From positions 4,900,001-4,964,000 of the forward strand of contig CM119373.1 in assembly GCA_051294905.1 (NCBI GenBank): a DNA stretch of 64,000 nt. The letters run 5' to 3'. Below the pieces are notes generated by a model. It saw only the letters and a list, made by a program, of their open reading frames with translations, was not told the DNA's origin and did not search any database. This DNA comes from Botryllus schlosseri. Lineage: Eukaryota. The translations under genes and the position numbers were made by a program. This document shows positions 63,697-64,000 of this stretch, piece by piece (within the stretch, counting starts at the first letter, position 1; each line of letters opens with the position of its first letter).

Positions 63697-64000
63697 ATGT
63701 ACACGCGTGGTGCGTAATATCGATGGTACATGGTCAGTTCAGTTCTAATATATTCGGAACATGACGAAATGCGTTAATCCAATGGCAGCGGAATGTTGCT
63801 ACTTGTTGTCGGTCATTGACAGCGAATCGGGCGCGTTTAGGCGTGGTAACCCGAAACAAGCCATCAGCAAAGTGTCCGTGCCAACCTTTCGGTTCGTTGT
63901 GGTTCTCCTTCTCCAATGCCGTACGTTTTTCGATCCTGGCACGTTGTGACGAGCCTTCATCATCGGCGCTGGACTGTTCCGGCGTTGCAATCCGTAACAA

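Noticed and set aside
63734..64000. 88-aa minus-strand ORF at the window edge
   Set aside because: Truncated, no recognisable motif, overlapping ORFs in other frames; cannot be supported as a gene.

Overview
AT-rich eukaryotic (invertebrate-like; species not determinable) genomic DNA that is mostly transposable elements; no rRNA, true tRNA, CRISPR or recognisable host gene. Best-supported features: one intact, young hATm-type DNA transposon (32414-36116; perfect 143-bp TIRs, 775-aa DDE transposase); about a dozen non-autonomous hAT elements with exact 8-bp TSDs; a tRNA-derived SINE; an RNase H-bearing LINE 3' fragment; a decayed NOF/MULE-like transposase with Ulp1 and PHD domains; a Gypsy pol remnant; and several minisatellites. 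The last ~21 kb is a nested series: Kolobok-like arms (43263-63659) > hATm (43986-62434) > 15.8-kb GG..CC element with 8-bp TSD (44066-59891) > MITEs and Gypsy. The most novel-looking signal is at 0.6-5.5 kb: a cluster of 2 clear and 2 decayed paralogues of an unrecognised small gene. Its ~90-codon ORF1 shows synonymous-dominated divergence. In every copy ORF1 ends at a stop with an apparently homologous ORF2, lacking an upstream ATG, in the +1 frame, which makes it a candidate programmed +1 frameshift. All alignments and counts were done by eye.
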